Source: an uncultured delta proteobacterium (GTDB taxonomy: Bacteria > Desulfobacterota > Desulfobacteria > Desulfobacterales > JAFDCJ01). Taken from it: a stretch of 64,000 nt of DNA. The stretch's first letter is position 1. Each line of letters begins with the position of its first letter. The notes below the pieces were generated by a model. It saw nothing but the letters and a program-made list of their open reading frames with translations, searched no databases and had not been told where the DNA came from. This document shows positions 9,647 through 19,752 of the stretch, one piece after another. The stretch is from positions 64,001-128,000 of the forward strand of contig CAVYNY010000011.1 in NCBI GenBank assembly GCA_963769935.1, read 5' to 3'. Made by a program: the position numbers and the translations under genes.

Positions 9647-10750
9647 CTATCTATTTTGCCTTGCTTCGGTCACGCAGTAGATGCCTTCGCCTTTTTGGGC
9701 CGGTCCGAAGCACAGGTTGTCCGAATCACAGGCCGATTTCCTGAGATCACCGGACTTCCAGCGGTTGATCAGAGCCGGTTCCCGGATCAGCGGCCGGCAC
9801 ATGGAAACATAATCGGCCGGACCTTTATCCACCAGGTGTTCGGCAACCTGAAAGGAGCGGGTGCCCCCCACCAGAATCAGCGGAACCTGGATATTTTTCT
9901 TAAAAACGCCGGCTTCATTTCGGAAATAGGCCTCCTGATCGTCGGATTTGATGCCCACCCGCGCGGGTCCCAGCCTGCCGGCGACACGATTGCCGCCGCT
10001 GATTTCAATGGCATCCACTCCCGCCTCCGCCAGCAGGCTGCCGGCCTGGGCCGAGTCCTCCAGGCTCAGGCCATTTTCGTGAAAATCCCGGCAATTCATT
10101 TTGACCAGGACCGGGTAATCTTCACCGGCGGTTGCTCTGACGGCGCGTGCCACCTCCAGCAATGCTCTGGCCCGGTTTTGGATGGAACCGCCGTAGGCAT
10201 CCGTGCGTCGGTTGAAATAGGGCGAGAGAAACTGGCTGAGCAGATAGCCGTGGGCGGCATGGATCTGAACTCCGTCAAAACCTGCTTGTCGGGCTCTTTC
10301 AGCCCCGGCGCCAAAAGCGGCGGCCACTTTTTGAATATCGCCGGCGGTCATTTCCGCATGGGGGAATTCATACACACCAGCCAGATTCGACGGTGCCAGA
10401 GGGGTCATCCCCGTCAAATCTGAAGCGGCAAAAATTCCGGCATGGGCCAGCTGCATAACGATTTTGCCGCCGTTTTCGTGGACCGCCGTCGTCATGGCCT
10501 GCAATTGCGGGATCAGTGCGTCCTGGTAAACGCCTAATTGTTTGGTTCCGGCTTTACCCTCCGGGCTGACATAAGTATGGCCGCTGATGATCAAGCCTAC
10601 CCCGCCGGCGGCAAGCCCGGCCATCAGATCGGTTAATCTGGATGTGCATTCGCCGGAATCGGTTGCCATAGCCTCCCAGGTGGCTGATCGCACGAACCGG
10701 TTTGCAAGCTGAAGACCGTTAATTTCACTGGGTTCAAACATGATGCTCAT
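9647..10750 (-). CDS. NADH:flavin oxidoreductase (Old Yellow Enzyme family)
   Basis: NRFVRSAT, QLAHAG, GFDGVQIHAAHGYLLSQFLSP, NRRTDAYGGS; ATG at 10750 preferred over TTG at 10789. Confidence 0.92.
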   Translation of the reverse strand: MSIMFEPSEINGLQLANRFVRSATWEAMATDSGECTSRLTDLMAGLAAGGVGLIISGHTYVSPEGKAGTKQLGVYQDALIPQLQAMTTAVHENGGKIVMQLAHAGIFAASDLTGMTPLAPSNLAGVYEFPHAEMTAGDIQKVAAAFGAGAERARQAGFDGVQIHAAHGYLLSQFLSPYFNRRTDAYGGSIQNRARALLEVARAVRATAGEDYPVLVKMNCRDFHENGLSLEDSAQAGSLLAEAGVDAIEISGGNRVAGRLGPARVGIKSDDQEAYFRNEAGVFKKNIQVPLILVGGTRSFQVAEHLVDKGPADYVSMCRPLIREPALINRWKSGDLRKSACDSDNLCFGPAQKGEGIYCVTEARQNR

Positions 10751-11139
10751 GGGTTTTTGTTTCCTTGACGCCAGAATCGCGCCTTTCAAGAGTTTACACC
10801 AGCCTCAATATTACCCTTTTAGGGGGCCGTTCCTAAACCTATCCTCATTTCAAGCAAAAATGTCAATAGGAATCCTCGGCGCGGCGCATTCTGGGCCGTT
10901 GAAGGGTGCCGTTCGTTAAGGTTTGCGGTCGACGGTGGGCGGTGCCGGATGCCTGTTCGGCAACCAACAATTTAATCAGGCATTGTTCGATTTGGAGCTT
11001 GATAACTTTTGAAAAAAGCAATATGAAATGCTATCCGGTCGGATTCTTCTTTGAGTGCTGACCGACCCCAATCCGGACAGGTTCCGGAGCCAATATAAAC
11101 CCCCAAATGCCGCTAGTTTTCAAGCGGGGGAGGTTCATT

Positions 11140-12576
11140 ATGAAGATGCTCATAGACAGCCAGTGGGTTGAGGCCTCCAACGGGCAATATTTTGATGTCT
11201 TTAATCCGGCCACGGGGGCAATCGTCGATCGCGTTCCTCAGGCAACCATCGAAGATGCCCGGCTGGCATTGGATGCCGCCCAGCGCGGCAAGGAGAACAT
11301 GAAAAAGCTGCCGGCCCACGAACGTTCGGCCATATTGGAACGAGTCGCCCGGGCCATGACGGATCAGAGTGAAGAACTCAGCCGGCTGCTGGCGCAGGAA
11401 AACGGCAAGCCCATTCAGCAGACCCGTGAAGAGTTGGCGGCTGCCATTCGCATTTTTAAAGGATTTGCCGAGGAGGCCAAGCGGATTTTCAGTCGGACGG
11501 TGCCGCTGGATGCCGTACCGGGCGCCGAAAGGCATTTTGCCGTTACGATTCGCCAGCCCTTGGGAGTCGTGTTTGCGGTGGTGCCTTTCAATTATCCGGT
11601 TGAACTCTATGCTCATAAAGGCGCGGCGGCTTTAGCAGCCGGCAATGCAGTCATTGCCAAACCGCCCAGCGACTGCCCCTTAACCTTATTAAAAATTGCC
11701 GAAATTATGGAGACGGCCGGTCTGCCCCGCGCCGCCCATCAGATGATTACCGGGCCCGGCGAGCGGATCGGAGAATTTTTCGTCAAAGCCCCCGGCATTC
11801 AAATGGTAACCGTTACCGGCAGCACCGCCGCAGGAATCAGAATTTCAAAATTGGCGGCTGAAACCCTGAAGAAAGTTCACCTCGAGCTGGGCGGCAACGA
11901 TGCCACCATCATCTGTGAAGATGCCGATTTGGAAAAAGCAGCCGATGCCGTAATTTTGGGTCGTCTGGCCCGGGGCAACGGACAGATCTGTTGTGCCGTC
12001 AAAAGGGTCTTCGTAGATGCCGGTGTGCTCGATGACCTGGCTGAAATACTGACCCGCAAAACAAAAACGTTAAAAATGGGCGATCCGCTCGATGAAGCCA
12101 CCGATGTCGGACCCCTGATCAACGAAAAGGCCGCTCGGCAGGTCGAGGAAGTGATAAACGACGCCGCCCGGTCGGGCGCGAAAATATGGACCGGGGGCAA
12201 GCGCGACAGGGCTTTTGTCGAGCCGACCGTTCTAACGGGTGTTCCTCCTGAAGCCAAACTGTTCCGTGAAGAAACCTTCGGGCCGGTGGTGCCCCTGGTT
12301 CCGTTTGAAACGGTCGATGACGCTGTGAAAATGGCCAATGACAGCCCTTATGGGTTGCAAGCCGCCGTTTTTACCAATGATATTTCCCGCGCCCTGGATC
12401 TGGCCCACAGGCTTGAAGTGGGCGGGGTCATCGTTAATTGGTCCTCCGCCGTCAGGATCGAGAGCCTGCCCTTTGGCGGCATCAAGTTCAGCGGCCACGG
12501 CCGCGAGGGGCTGCATGATACGCTCAACGAGATGACGGAACAAAAAACGATTCTGATACACAACGCCTTATCGTAA
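11140..12576 (+). CDS. NAD(P)-dependent aldehyde dehydrogenase
   Basis: PFNYP, TGST, LELGGND (catalytic Glu), GQICC (catalytic Cys), EETFGPV, PFGG; GGAGG RBS before ATG 11140. Confidence 0.93.
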   Translation: MKMLIDSQWVEASNGQYFDVFNPATGAIVDRVPQATIEDARLALDAAQRGKENMKKLPAHERSAILERVARAMTDQSEELSRLLAQENGKPIQQTREELAAAIRIFKGFAEEAKRIFSRTVPLDAVPGAERHFAVTIRQPLGVVFAVVPFNYPVELYAHKGAAALAAGNAVIAKPPSDCPLTLLKIAEIMETAGLPRAAHQMITGPGERIGEFFVKAPGIQMVTVTGSTAAGIRISKLAAETLKKVHLELGGNDATIICEDADLEKAADAVILGRLARGNGQICCAVKRVFVDAGVLDDLAEILTRKTKTLKMGDPLDEATDVGPLINEKAARQVEEVINDAARSGAKIWTGGKRDRAFVEPTVLTGVPPEAKLFREETFGPVVPLVPFETVDDAVKMANDSPYGLQAAVFTNDISRALDLAHRLEVGGVIVNWSSAVRIESLPFGGIKFSGHGREGLHDTLNEMTEQKTILIHNALS

Positions 12577-12602
12577 TCACCTCTGGTAAAGCGGTCGCAT
12601 CC

Positions 12603-14111
12603 ATGGAAAATCCTGAATTTTTGCAGATGCGGGGAATACGAAAGAGCTACGACGGTACTCAGGCTCTTAAAGCCGTGGATTTTTCGGCCGCTGCAGGAGA
12701 AGTGCACGCCATTGTCGGCGAAAATGGGGCCGGCAAGTCGACCTTGATGAAAATTCTGGCCGGCGCCGTTCAGCCGGATGCCGGAAATTTTATCCTGGAC
12801 GGGCAGCCTATCCGGCCCCGTTCACCCCACCATGCGTTCGGGTTGGGCATCAGTACGGTGTATCAGGAATTCAGCCTCGTTCCGCATTTAAACGTCACGG
12901 AAAATATCCTGATGGGCCAAATGCCTACGGGCCGGTTAAAATGGTGGGTGGACTGGCCGCGGGCGCATCAGCGGGCGCAGGATATTTTTCAGTACCTCGA
13001 CTTTGCCGGAATTGATGTGCGGTCGCCCACGTCCAGCCTCAGCGTTTCCCACCAGCAAATGGTGGAAATTGCCAAGGCCGTCGCCCGGCAGCCCCGAATT
13101 TTAATTCTTGATGAACCATCGGCCGCCCTTTCCCGGGAGGAATTGAGGCGCCTTTTCGCCGTCATTCAAAGACTTAAAGGTGAATCCACCCTGATCCTCT
13201 ACATTTCTCACCGGCTCGATGAAGTATTTGAAATTGCCGATCGGATCACGGTCCTCAAAGACGGCGAAACCGTCGGGACGGTGCTGCCGGCGGAAACCAC
13301 TGAAAATCAGCTGATTAAAATGATGGTCGGCCGCCCCCTCGAGGCGATTTATCCCCAAAGAAAGACCCGGCCCGCTGAGACGGTGTTGGAAGTGGAACGT
13401 TTAACTCAGGCGGAGGGCTTTGCGGATGTATCATTTGCAGTGGCCCGCGGCGAAATCCTGGGTTTTTTCGGCCTGGTCGGCAGCGGCCGCTCCGCGGTTG
13501 CCCGCTGCCTTTTTGCAGCCGCGCGGCCGACTGCCGGCAGCATTCGAATGCAAGGCCGGCTGATTAAACCACGAACGCCCAATGATGCCGTCAAAGCAGG
13601 CATCGCGCTGTTAACCGAGGACCGCAAACGGGACGGTTTGGTCATGAGCTGCTCCATCTCGGACAATGCCTGCCTTGCAACCCTGGACAGCGTCAGCCGA
13701 TTTAAATTCATTAATCTCGGACAGCAGGAAAAAGCAGTTGAATCCAAGGTCCGGGAGCTATCCATCCGTCCGGCACGGATTACTAGACTGGTTCGGGAGC
13801 TTAGCGGAGGCAATCAGCAAAAAGTGGTCCTCGCCAAATGGCTTCTCGCCCGGGCCAAAGTGCTGATTCTGGATGAGCCGACGCGGGGGGTGGATGTGGC
13901 GACCAAAGTTGAGATCTATCATCTCATCGGCAAACTTGCCGACGGGGGCGCGGCCATCATCCTGATTTCCTCGGAGCTGCCTGAAATATTGGGCATGAGC
14001 AACCGTGTGCTGGTTATGCGAGCGGGACGCATCGTCGGTGAATTTACCCAGGAGCAGGCCGGGGAGGAAAATTTGCTGGCCTGTGCCGCCGGCGTCGATG
14101 TTAATAAATAG
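12603..14111 (+). CDS. Monosaccharide ABC transporter ATP-binding protein (RbsA-like, two NBDs)
   Basis: GENGAGKST, LILDEP twice, LSGGNQQKV. Confidence 0.95.
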   Translation: MENPEFLQMRGIRKSYDGTQALKAVDFSAAAGEVHAIVGENGAGKSTLMKILAGAVQPDAGNFILDGQPIRPRSPHHAFGLGISTVYQEFSLVPHLNVTENILMGQMPTGRLKWWVDWPRAHQRAQDIFQYLDFAGIDVRSPTSSLSVSHQQMVEIAKAVARQPRILILDEPSAALSREELRRLFAVIQRLKGESTLILYISHRLDEVFEIADRITVLKDGETVGTVLPAETTENQLIKMMVGRPLEAIYPQRKTRPAETVLEVERLTQAEGFADVSFAVARGEILGFFGLVGSGRSAVARCLFAAARPTAGSIRMQGRLIKPRTPNDAVKAGIALLTEDRKRDGLVMSCSISDNACLATLDSVSRFKFINLGQQEKAVESKVRELSIRPARITRLVRELSGGNQQKVVLAKWLLARAKVLILDEPTRGVDVATKVEIYHLIGKLADGGAAIILISSELPEILGMSNRVLVMRAGRIVGEFTQEQAGEENLLACAAGVDVNK

Positions 14112-14189
14112 CCGGCGTCAATCCTTGCGCCTATGGTCATTCTTAATAGTTATTTCTTTGCATTTTAAAAAAGGATTTTTTCATCAAGA

Positions 14190-14262
14190 AAACACGAAAT
14201 TTAGAAAGCACGAAATTTATCTTTTATCTTTTTCGTGTTTTCGTCCTTTCGCGCTTTCGTGA
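14190..14262. repeat. Periodic inverted repeat (CACGAAA / TTTCGTG units) inside the ABC operon
   Basis: AAACACGAAATTTAGAAAGCACGAAA ... TTTCGTGTTTTCGTCCTTTCGCGCTTTCGTG. Confidence 0.65.
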
Positions 14263-14307
14263 TTAATTTCTTTTTCGGCTCCGGCTTGTCCCGGTTAGGA
14301 AAGAAGA

Positions 14308-15270
14308 ATGCAAAATCCGGCAGTAAAAACGGTTGGGAGACGGCAGGACAGGAAGTGGAAATTTCATGTGGCCGATTATGGGTTTATCGCGGCGTTTTTC
14401 GTATTGCTGCTCATTGCCACCACCATGACGGATTACTTCTTTACCCAGCGCAATCTGAGCAATCTTTTCCGACAGATAGTGACCAACGGCCTGCTCAGTT
14501 TCGGCCAGCTCATTGTGATACTCAGCGGCGGCATCGATCTGTCAATCGGTCCGATTGTGGCCTTGGCCGGAATTATGGCGGCCGGCTTGCAGACCTATAT
14601 GTGGTTTCCCTTGGCGATCATCGTCGCCCTGGCGGTCGGCATGACCGTGGGGGCCGTCAACGGTTTCTTGATTGCCCGTTTCAAACTGCAGCCTTTCATC
14701 GTCACCCTGGCCACCATGGGTGCCATTCGGGGAATCGTTTATGTTTACTCGGAAACCCCGAAAGTCCCGGTAGATCCGGCGTTTCGTTCTCTGCTGGGAG
14801 GCGGTTTCATTGGGCCGCTGCCGGTTCCGGCCCTCATTTTAATCGGCTTTTTTCCATTGGTCTGGATATTTCTCAAACGCACCACCCCGGGGCGGGCGAT
14901 TGTGGCCATCGGGGGAAACGAAGAAACCGTCAGATTGGCCGGCATCAACGTCAAGGCGCATATCATGCTGGCATATATCAGTTCGGGTTTCTTTGCCGGC
15001 ATTGCCGGGGTGCTGCTGGCCTCGCGGCTCGGAATAGCGCAGCCCAGCGTCGGCGTTGGGTATGAGCTGGATGCGATTGCCGCGGTTGTCATTGGGGGCG
15101 GCATCCTCGGCGGCGGCGGCGGCGGCGCGGTCGGCACCCTGGGCGGTGTTCTCGCTTTGGGCTTAATCGACAATTTACTGAACCTTTTCAATGTCCAGTC
15201 TTATTACCAGCAGATATTAAAGGGTCTTATTATCCTGTTTGCCGTGTTGATGCGCAGAAAGGAAAAATAG
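14308..15270 (+). CDS. Monosaccharide ABC transporter permease (RbsC-like)
   Basis: GGIDLSIG, PFIVTLAT, GGNEETVRLAGI, YELDAIAAVVIGG. Confidence 0.95.
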   Translation: MQNPAVKTVGRRQDRKWKFHVADYGFIAAFFVLLLIATTMTDYFFTQRNLSNLFRQIVTNGLLSFGQLIVILSGGIDLSIGPIVALAGIMAAGLQTYMWFPLAIIVALAVGMTVGAVNGFLIARFKLQPFIVTLATMGAIRGIVYVYSETPKVPVDPAFRSLLGGGFIGPLPVPALILIGFFPLVWIFLKRTTPGRAIVAIGGNEETVRLAGINVKAHIMLAYISSGFFAGIAGVLLASRLGIAQPSVGVGYELDAIAAVVIGGGILGGGGGGAVGTLGGVLALGLIDNLLNLFNVQSYYQQILKGLIILFAVLMRRKEK

Positions 15271-15368
15271 AAAGGAGGGCTGAATCGAATACGCGGCTTG
15301 ATTCAACGAACTCACGTAGCCACTCATCGGCAGGAACATTGGCATCATAAAAAAAAGGAGGGAAAATC

Positions 15369-16322
15369 ATGAAGTTAAAACCAGTTTTAACATTGTTAGT
15401 GGTTGGCATTGTCATAGCAGGCTTTTGCCTGCCCGCAGCCGCCGCCGAAAAAGAAATCCGTCTTGGCATGGTTAATTTCTCACTATGCTGTCCCTATTTT
15501 ATCGGCATGTCAAAAGCGGTGGAAGAGGAAGCGGCCGTCTATCCCAACATTAAGCTTTTTATTACCGATGCGAATGGCGATGCGGCTAAGTTGACGTCCG
15601 ATGTTGAAGATGTTCTGGCCCGCAATGTAGACGGCATCATTCTCAGCGGTGCCTGGCTGGAAGCGGCGCCGGCGGCCCTGGATGCCATCAAAAAAGCCGG
15701 TGTTCCGGTGGTCATGGTCGACCGGTTTCTGAAGGGCGGTCCCTATACCAGTTGGGTCGGCCCCGATAACTATACCATCGGTGTCCAGGACGGTAAGTAC
15801 ATTTCCGACAGGCTGGGCGGCAAGGGAGTGCTGGTCGTGCTGCGCGGCGGTCCGGCCGACAATTCCATCGGGCTTGACCGCACCAACGGGATGCTTTCAG
15901 TGGTCGAAAAAAGCAGTATCGAAGTTGATAAGGCGCCTAACTTCGGCGGCTGGAGCTCTGACGGCGGATTCAAACTCATGGAAGACATGCTGGCCCGCTA
16001 TCATAAAATTGACGCCGTCTTCTGCGAAAACGACTCCATGTGTCTGGGCGCTCAAAAAGCGATCGCCGATGCCGGCCGGAGCCAGGAAATTTTTCTGGTT
16101 GGCGTGGATGGTGAAAAAGCGGCCCTGGAAAATATTATGAAACCGGGCAGCAACTATGCCGCCACGGGGATGAACAATTCCGATCAAATCGGACGGGCGG
16201 CGTTTCATCGGATGATGGCCATTTTGGCCGGTGCAAAAGCACCCGAAAAGACCGTTTTGCCTTCGCCGATCATCACCAAGGAAAATGTCGACAAATACTA
16301 CAATCCCAATAGTGTGTTCTAG
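15369..16322 (+). CDS. Sugar ABC transporter substrate-binding protein (RbsB-like)
   Basis: Signal peptide (AAA|EK), VVMVDR, DN, ENDSM.LGA, VGVDG; AAGGAGG RBS. Confidence 0.92.
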   Translation: MKLKPVLTLLVVGIVIAGFCLPAAAAEKEIRLGMVNFSLCCPYFIGMSKAVEEEAAVYPNIKLFITDANGDAAKLTSDVEDVLARNVDGIILSGAWLEAAPAALDAIKKAGVPVVMVDRFLKGGPYTSWVGPDNYTIGVQDGKYISDRLGGKGVLVVLRGGPADNSIGLDRTNGMLSVVEKSSIEVDKAPNFGGWSSDGGFKLMEDMLARYHKIDAVFCENDSMCLGAQKAIADAGRSQEIFLVGVDGEKAALENIMKPGSNYAATGMNNSDQIGRAAFHRMMAILAGAKAPEKTVLPSPIITKENVDKYYNPNSVF

Positions 16323-16340
16323 ACAAAATATCATCAGACA

Positions 16341-16372
16341 GTTCCCCCGGATTTTACGTAATCTGGGGGAAC
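16341..16372 (+). terminator. Stem-loop after the ABC operon
   Basis: GTTCCCCCGGATT-loop-AATCTGGGGGAAC; no strong U tract. Confidence 0.5.
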
Positions 16373-16385
16373 CCGCCTAATTCGG

Positions 16386-16480
16386 AATTGAAAATTGAAG
16401 ATTGTAAATTGAACATTTGTGGATGTCGCGTTGCCCCGTCCATTTAAAAAATCGAAAGGATACCTTAAATATTCAATCGC
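16386..16480. repeat. ATTGAA/TTCAAT heptamer-periodic inverted-repeat element
   Basis: AATTGAAAATTGAAGATTGTAAATTGAACATTTGTGGATGTCGC; related arms at 17246-17290, 26865-26892 and 28673-28802. Confidence 0.65.
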
Positions 16481-16513
16481 TACAGGATCCGGTTCGGGCC
16501 GGTTTTGGGGAAT

Positions 16514-16711
16514 TCAGGTCATCAATCCCCGACTTACGATGTATTCCCACTCATCAAGAAGCTTTTGCCGGTTTTCCCCAACCCAATCTTTTCCGTTTAA
16601 TTCAACCAGTTCCCTGATCCGCGTGCAAAGCTTTTTTAGCTCTTTCTCGGAGCCTGGAATATTTCGGGTACCTAAAAGCTCGGATACGTTATCAAGGGAG
16701 AGCTCTTTCAT
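16514..16711 (-). CDS. Small hypothetical protein (65 aa)
   Basis: GAGGTG RBS before ATG 16711; protein-like amphipathic sequence MKELSLDNVSELLG... Confidence 0.7.
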   Translation of the reverse strand: MKELSLDNVSELLGTRNIPGSEKELKKLCTRIRELVELNGKDWVGENRQKLLDEWEYIVSRGLMT

Positions 16712-17245
16712 GGACACCTCGGCAGTCAGGCGTTAACGTTAAACCCCGGGATTGGAATTTCAGGGTCTTTGACGATGGCCGACCGCTTTGAACTTCCCGG
16801 TCAACCGCTATCCGCCGTTTTGATCAAAAGGCCGCAGAACATAAAACCCCGTATTTCTTTATGGAAAAACAGGGCTTGGCGCAAGTTAACCATTGCATCT
16901 CTCCGGTTGCGGGCATAACATCTATTTTTATGATAAAAGAAATAGCATAGCTGCATTTGACAAGTCAACCCGCAAGCGGTGATTATCAAGGTAACGTCAA
17001 AGCTGAGTTCATCTGTCTCAGAAATAGGCAGGTTGCATCTTTGAAATTCATCCTCAAATCCCAAATTTGAATATCCAATTTTCTGAACTTTCCGATCTTA
17101 CCAATACTATCCACTTGACCGCCAAAGTTTTATGTGATTGTTTAGCCTGCATTATTTCTCTTGAAATGCCAAGAAGTCATATTTGAAAAAGAACTATCAT
17201 AAAAATGACAGAGCGAAACGCGGCGCAAGCGCCCGCGCTGCGCGA

Positions 17246-17290
17246 GCGACATCCTTAAATATTCAATAGTCAATTTTCAATAGTCAATTC
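17246..17290. repeat. TTCAAT heptamer arm, inverse of 16386-16429
   Basis: GCGACATCCTTAAATATTCAATAGTCAATTTTCAAT is near the reverse complement of 16387-16429. Confidence 0.65.
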
Positions 17291-17332
17291 TCCGCCTTGG
17301 CGGATCCGGATGGGGAGGATGAATGAAAAGCT

Positions 17333-17733
17333 TTGCAGTGGATTTGGGAAAATGCAACCGGGATGGAATCTGCGGGACAGCCGGCCCAACTCAGGGGATT
17401 TCCGCGGGTGGTTTCCGCCTGGGATGCCCGTGAAGAGCGAATCTGCCGGGGTGCCCCGCACATCATTGTCGTGCACGGCGATAAAAACTACGGATTTGGC
17501 GCCCAAGACGGCGCCCTGGCACTGAGTTATCTGGAGTTGTATGCGCCGGCCATCGGCCTGGGATCTTGCTGGGGCGGTTATTTTTACTCGGCCGTCAATG
17601 CCTATCCGCCCCTGTTTGAAGCGCTGGGTCTGCCTGCCGGTCACAGGGCTTTCGGGCGGTAATGGTCGGCTATCCCAAACTCAAGTATCAACGTCTGCCC
17701 TTGAGGAATAAGCCACAGGTCAGGTACATCTGA
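17333..17733 (+). pseudogene. 5'-truncated, frameshifted nitroreductase-family gene
   Basis: RGAPHIIV..LELYAPAIGLGSCWGG; the C-terminus AVMVGYPKLKYQRLPLR...YI* lies in a shifted frame after ~17655; N-terminal domain absent. Confidence 0.8.
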
Positions 17734-17890
17734 ATCGTTTAGATCGTTTAGATGGTTGGGATCGTTAGCTGGAGACTTTTTTTTTTAATTTGCGGAGTTC
17801 CGCGTAATCTGCGGGTCCAAAACGAACATAGAGACAGACAAAGATCCGCAACGCTCTCAACGATCAACGTTCTAAAAGATCAAAACGAAC
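17734..17890. repeat. ~9-nt periodic inverted-repeat element (ATCGTTTAG / AACGATC)
   Basis: ATCGTTTAGATCGTTTAGATGGTTGGGATCGTT ... AACGCTCTCAACGATCAACGTTCTAAAAGATCAAAACGA. Confidence 0.55.
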
Positions 17891-19534
17891 TTACTTATAG
17901 TCTTTCCTGAGCACCTTTTTGTTCAGCTTGCCCACACTGGTTTTGGGGATACTGTCCGTGAAGACATACTTTTCGGGAACGCCGTATTTGGGTATCTTAC
18001 CTTCGGCGGCCGATTGTTTCATAAACTGCATCAGATCTTCCGGGGTGACCTTGCCCAGGTAATCCGGTTTAAGGGTTATGATCATCAGCGGCCGTTCGCC
18101 CCATTTTTCATCCGGCACGCCGATAGCCGCCGATTCGAGAACCGCTTCGTGCTGGCTCATCAGATTTTCCAGATCAAGGGAAGATATCCATTCACCGCCG
18201 CTTTTTATGACATCTTTGATCCGGTCCGTGATTTGGAGGTAGCCTTCTTTGTCGATATACCCTACATCCCCGCTGTGCAGCCAACCGTTGCGCCACAAGT
18301 CTTTTGATTTATCCGGCTCTTTGAAATAGCTTTGGGTCAGCCAGGGCGATCGCATAACCACCTCGCCGGTCGATTTACCATCATGGGGCAAGATGTTGTC
18401 GTCGGCGTCAATTACCTCAATTTCAGCCAGCGGAATGGGCTTGCCGGTTTTAATCATGATATCCAGCTGCTTATCCTCCTCCCAATCCAGCATGTCCTCC
18501 TTGAGGGTTGCCGTGCTCATGACCGGGCCGGTTTCCGACATACCGTATCCGGCATGAATCTCGATCCCGAGATCTTTGGCGGCTTTGGCCAGCCCTTTGG
18601 GAAGCCGGGCACCGCCAATGGTGACCTTCCAGTTGGACAGATCCACCTCTTTGACGGCCGGGCTGCTTAAGAGCATTTGCAGGATGGTGGGCACACAATG
18701 CGAATAGGTGACCTTTTCTTTTTGCATCAGCCGCAGCAGCTTTTGCGGTTCGTACGGACCCGGGTAGACCTGCTTCACTCCCAGCAGCGTGGCCACGTAA
18801 GGAAACCCCCAGGCGTGAACATGAAACATCGGGGTCAGCGGCATGTAGACGTCGTTGGATCTGAAGCGTCCGATGGTGTTGTAACTGCCGCTGGTAATTG
18901 CCACCGCGAGCGTGTGCAGCACCAGCTGACGATGCGTAAAATAGACGCCCTTCGGATTACCGGTGGTACCGGTGGTGTAAAAGGTTGTGGCCTTGGTGTT
19001 TTCATCCAGGTCCTCGAAGGGAAATGACGCCGAGGCTGATTGCAGCATCTCTTCATATTCGGCTTCAACCTTTAATTTTGTGCCGGGCTTGTCGACGCCG
19101 TCAGCGATTGTCACAATTTGCTTAACGGTAACCAAGTGCTCCCGGATCGACTCCAGGACCGGCAGAAAATCAGAATTGAAGATGATCATGCCGGCCTCGG
19201 CATGATTGATCGTGTATATTATCTGATCGGCTGAAAGCCGCCAGTTAACAGTTTGCAAAACCGCCCCCATCATCGGAACGGCAAAAAAACATTCCAGATA
19301 GCGGTGGCTGTCATAGTCAAATACGGCCACCGTATCCCCTTTTTGTATTCCCAATCCGGCGAGGGCGTTGGCCAGCTTTCCGATGCGCTCATTGAGGTCT
19401 TTATACGTATAGCGATGCTTGTCGCTGTATACGATTTCCCGGTTTGGCGAATTGATCAAGGGGGTTTTCAGCAATTTTTTGATGATAAGCGGATAATCAT
19501 AATTTTCTCCGGGCCGGTACATTTTATCTGCCAT
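17891..19534 (-). CDS. Medium/long-chain fatty acid-CoA ligase
   Basis: [52 protein letters not shown]. Confidence 0.95.
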   Translation of the reverse strand: MADKMYRPGENYDYPLIIKKLLKTPLINSPNREIVYSDKHRYTYKDLNERIGKLANALAGLGIQKGDTVAVFDYDSHRYLECFFAVPMMGAVLQTVNWRLSADQIIYTINHAEAGMIIFNSDFLPVLESIREHLVTVKQIVTIADGVDKPGTKLKVEAEYEEMLQSASASFPFEDLDENTKATTFYTTGTTGNPKGVYFTHRQLVLHTLAVAITSGSYNTIGRFRSNDVYMPLTPMFHVHAWGFPYVATLLGVKQVYPGPYEPQKLLRLMQKEKVTYSHCVPTILQMLLSSPAVKEVDLSNWKVTIGGARLPKGLAKAAKDLGIEIHAGYGMSETGPVMSTATLKEDMLDWEEDKQLDIMIKTGKPIPLAEIEVIDADDNILPHDGKSTGEVVMRSPWLTQSYFKEPDKSKDLWRNGWLHSGDVGYIDKEGYLQITDRIKDVIKSGGEWISSLDLENLMSQHEAVLESAAIGVPDEKWGERPLMIITLKPDYLGKVTPEDLMQFMKQSAAEGKIPKYGVPEKYVFTDSIPKTSVGKLNKKVLRKDYK

Positions 19535-19752
19535 TGATAATCTCCTCCTCTATTTTCGATTCTCCCATGTGATGTGATTCGGCGCAGCGGTCTATTTTTT
19601 GAAACCATAAATAAATATGGTTCTACTGTCAACAGAGGGTATTGATTAATGACCGGGATCGTAGTACAAAAATATTTTCAAATGTCAACTCACTGATATT
19701 AGGCCGAATATAATCTGCCCTGAACGTTCCGATTCAAGAGGAGGACTAACCT

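Noticed and set aside
16790..16850. c-di-GMP-I riboswitch-like fragment (CGGCCT...GATAGCGG, minus strand)
   Set aside because: The GGCAAA/GAAA-loop/GACGCAAA half is missing.
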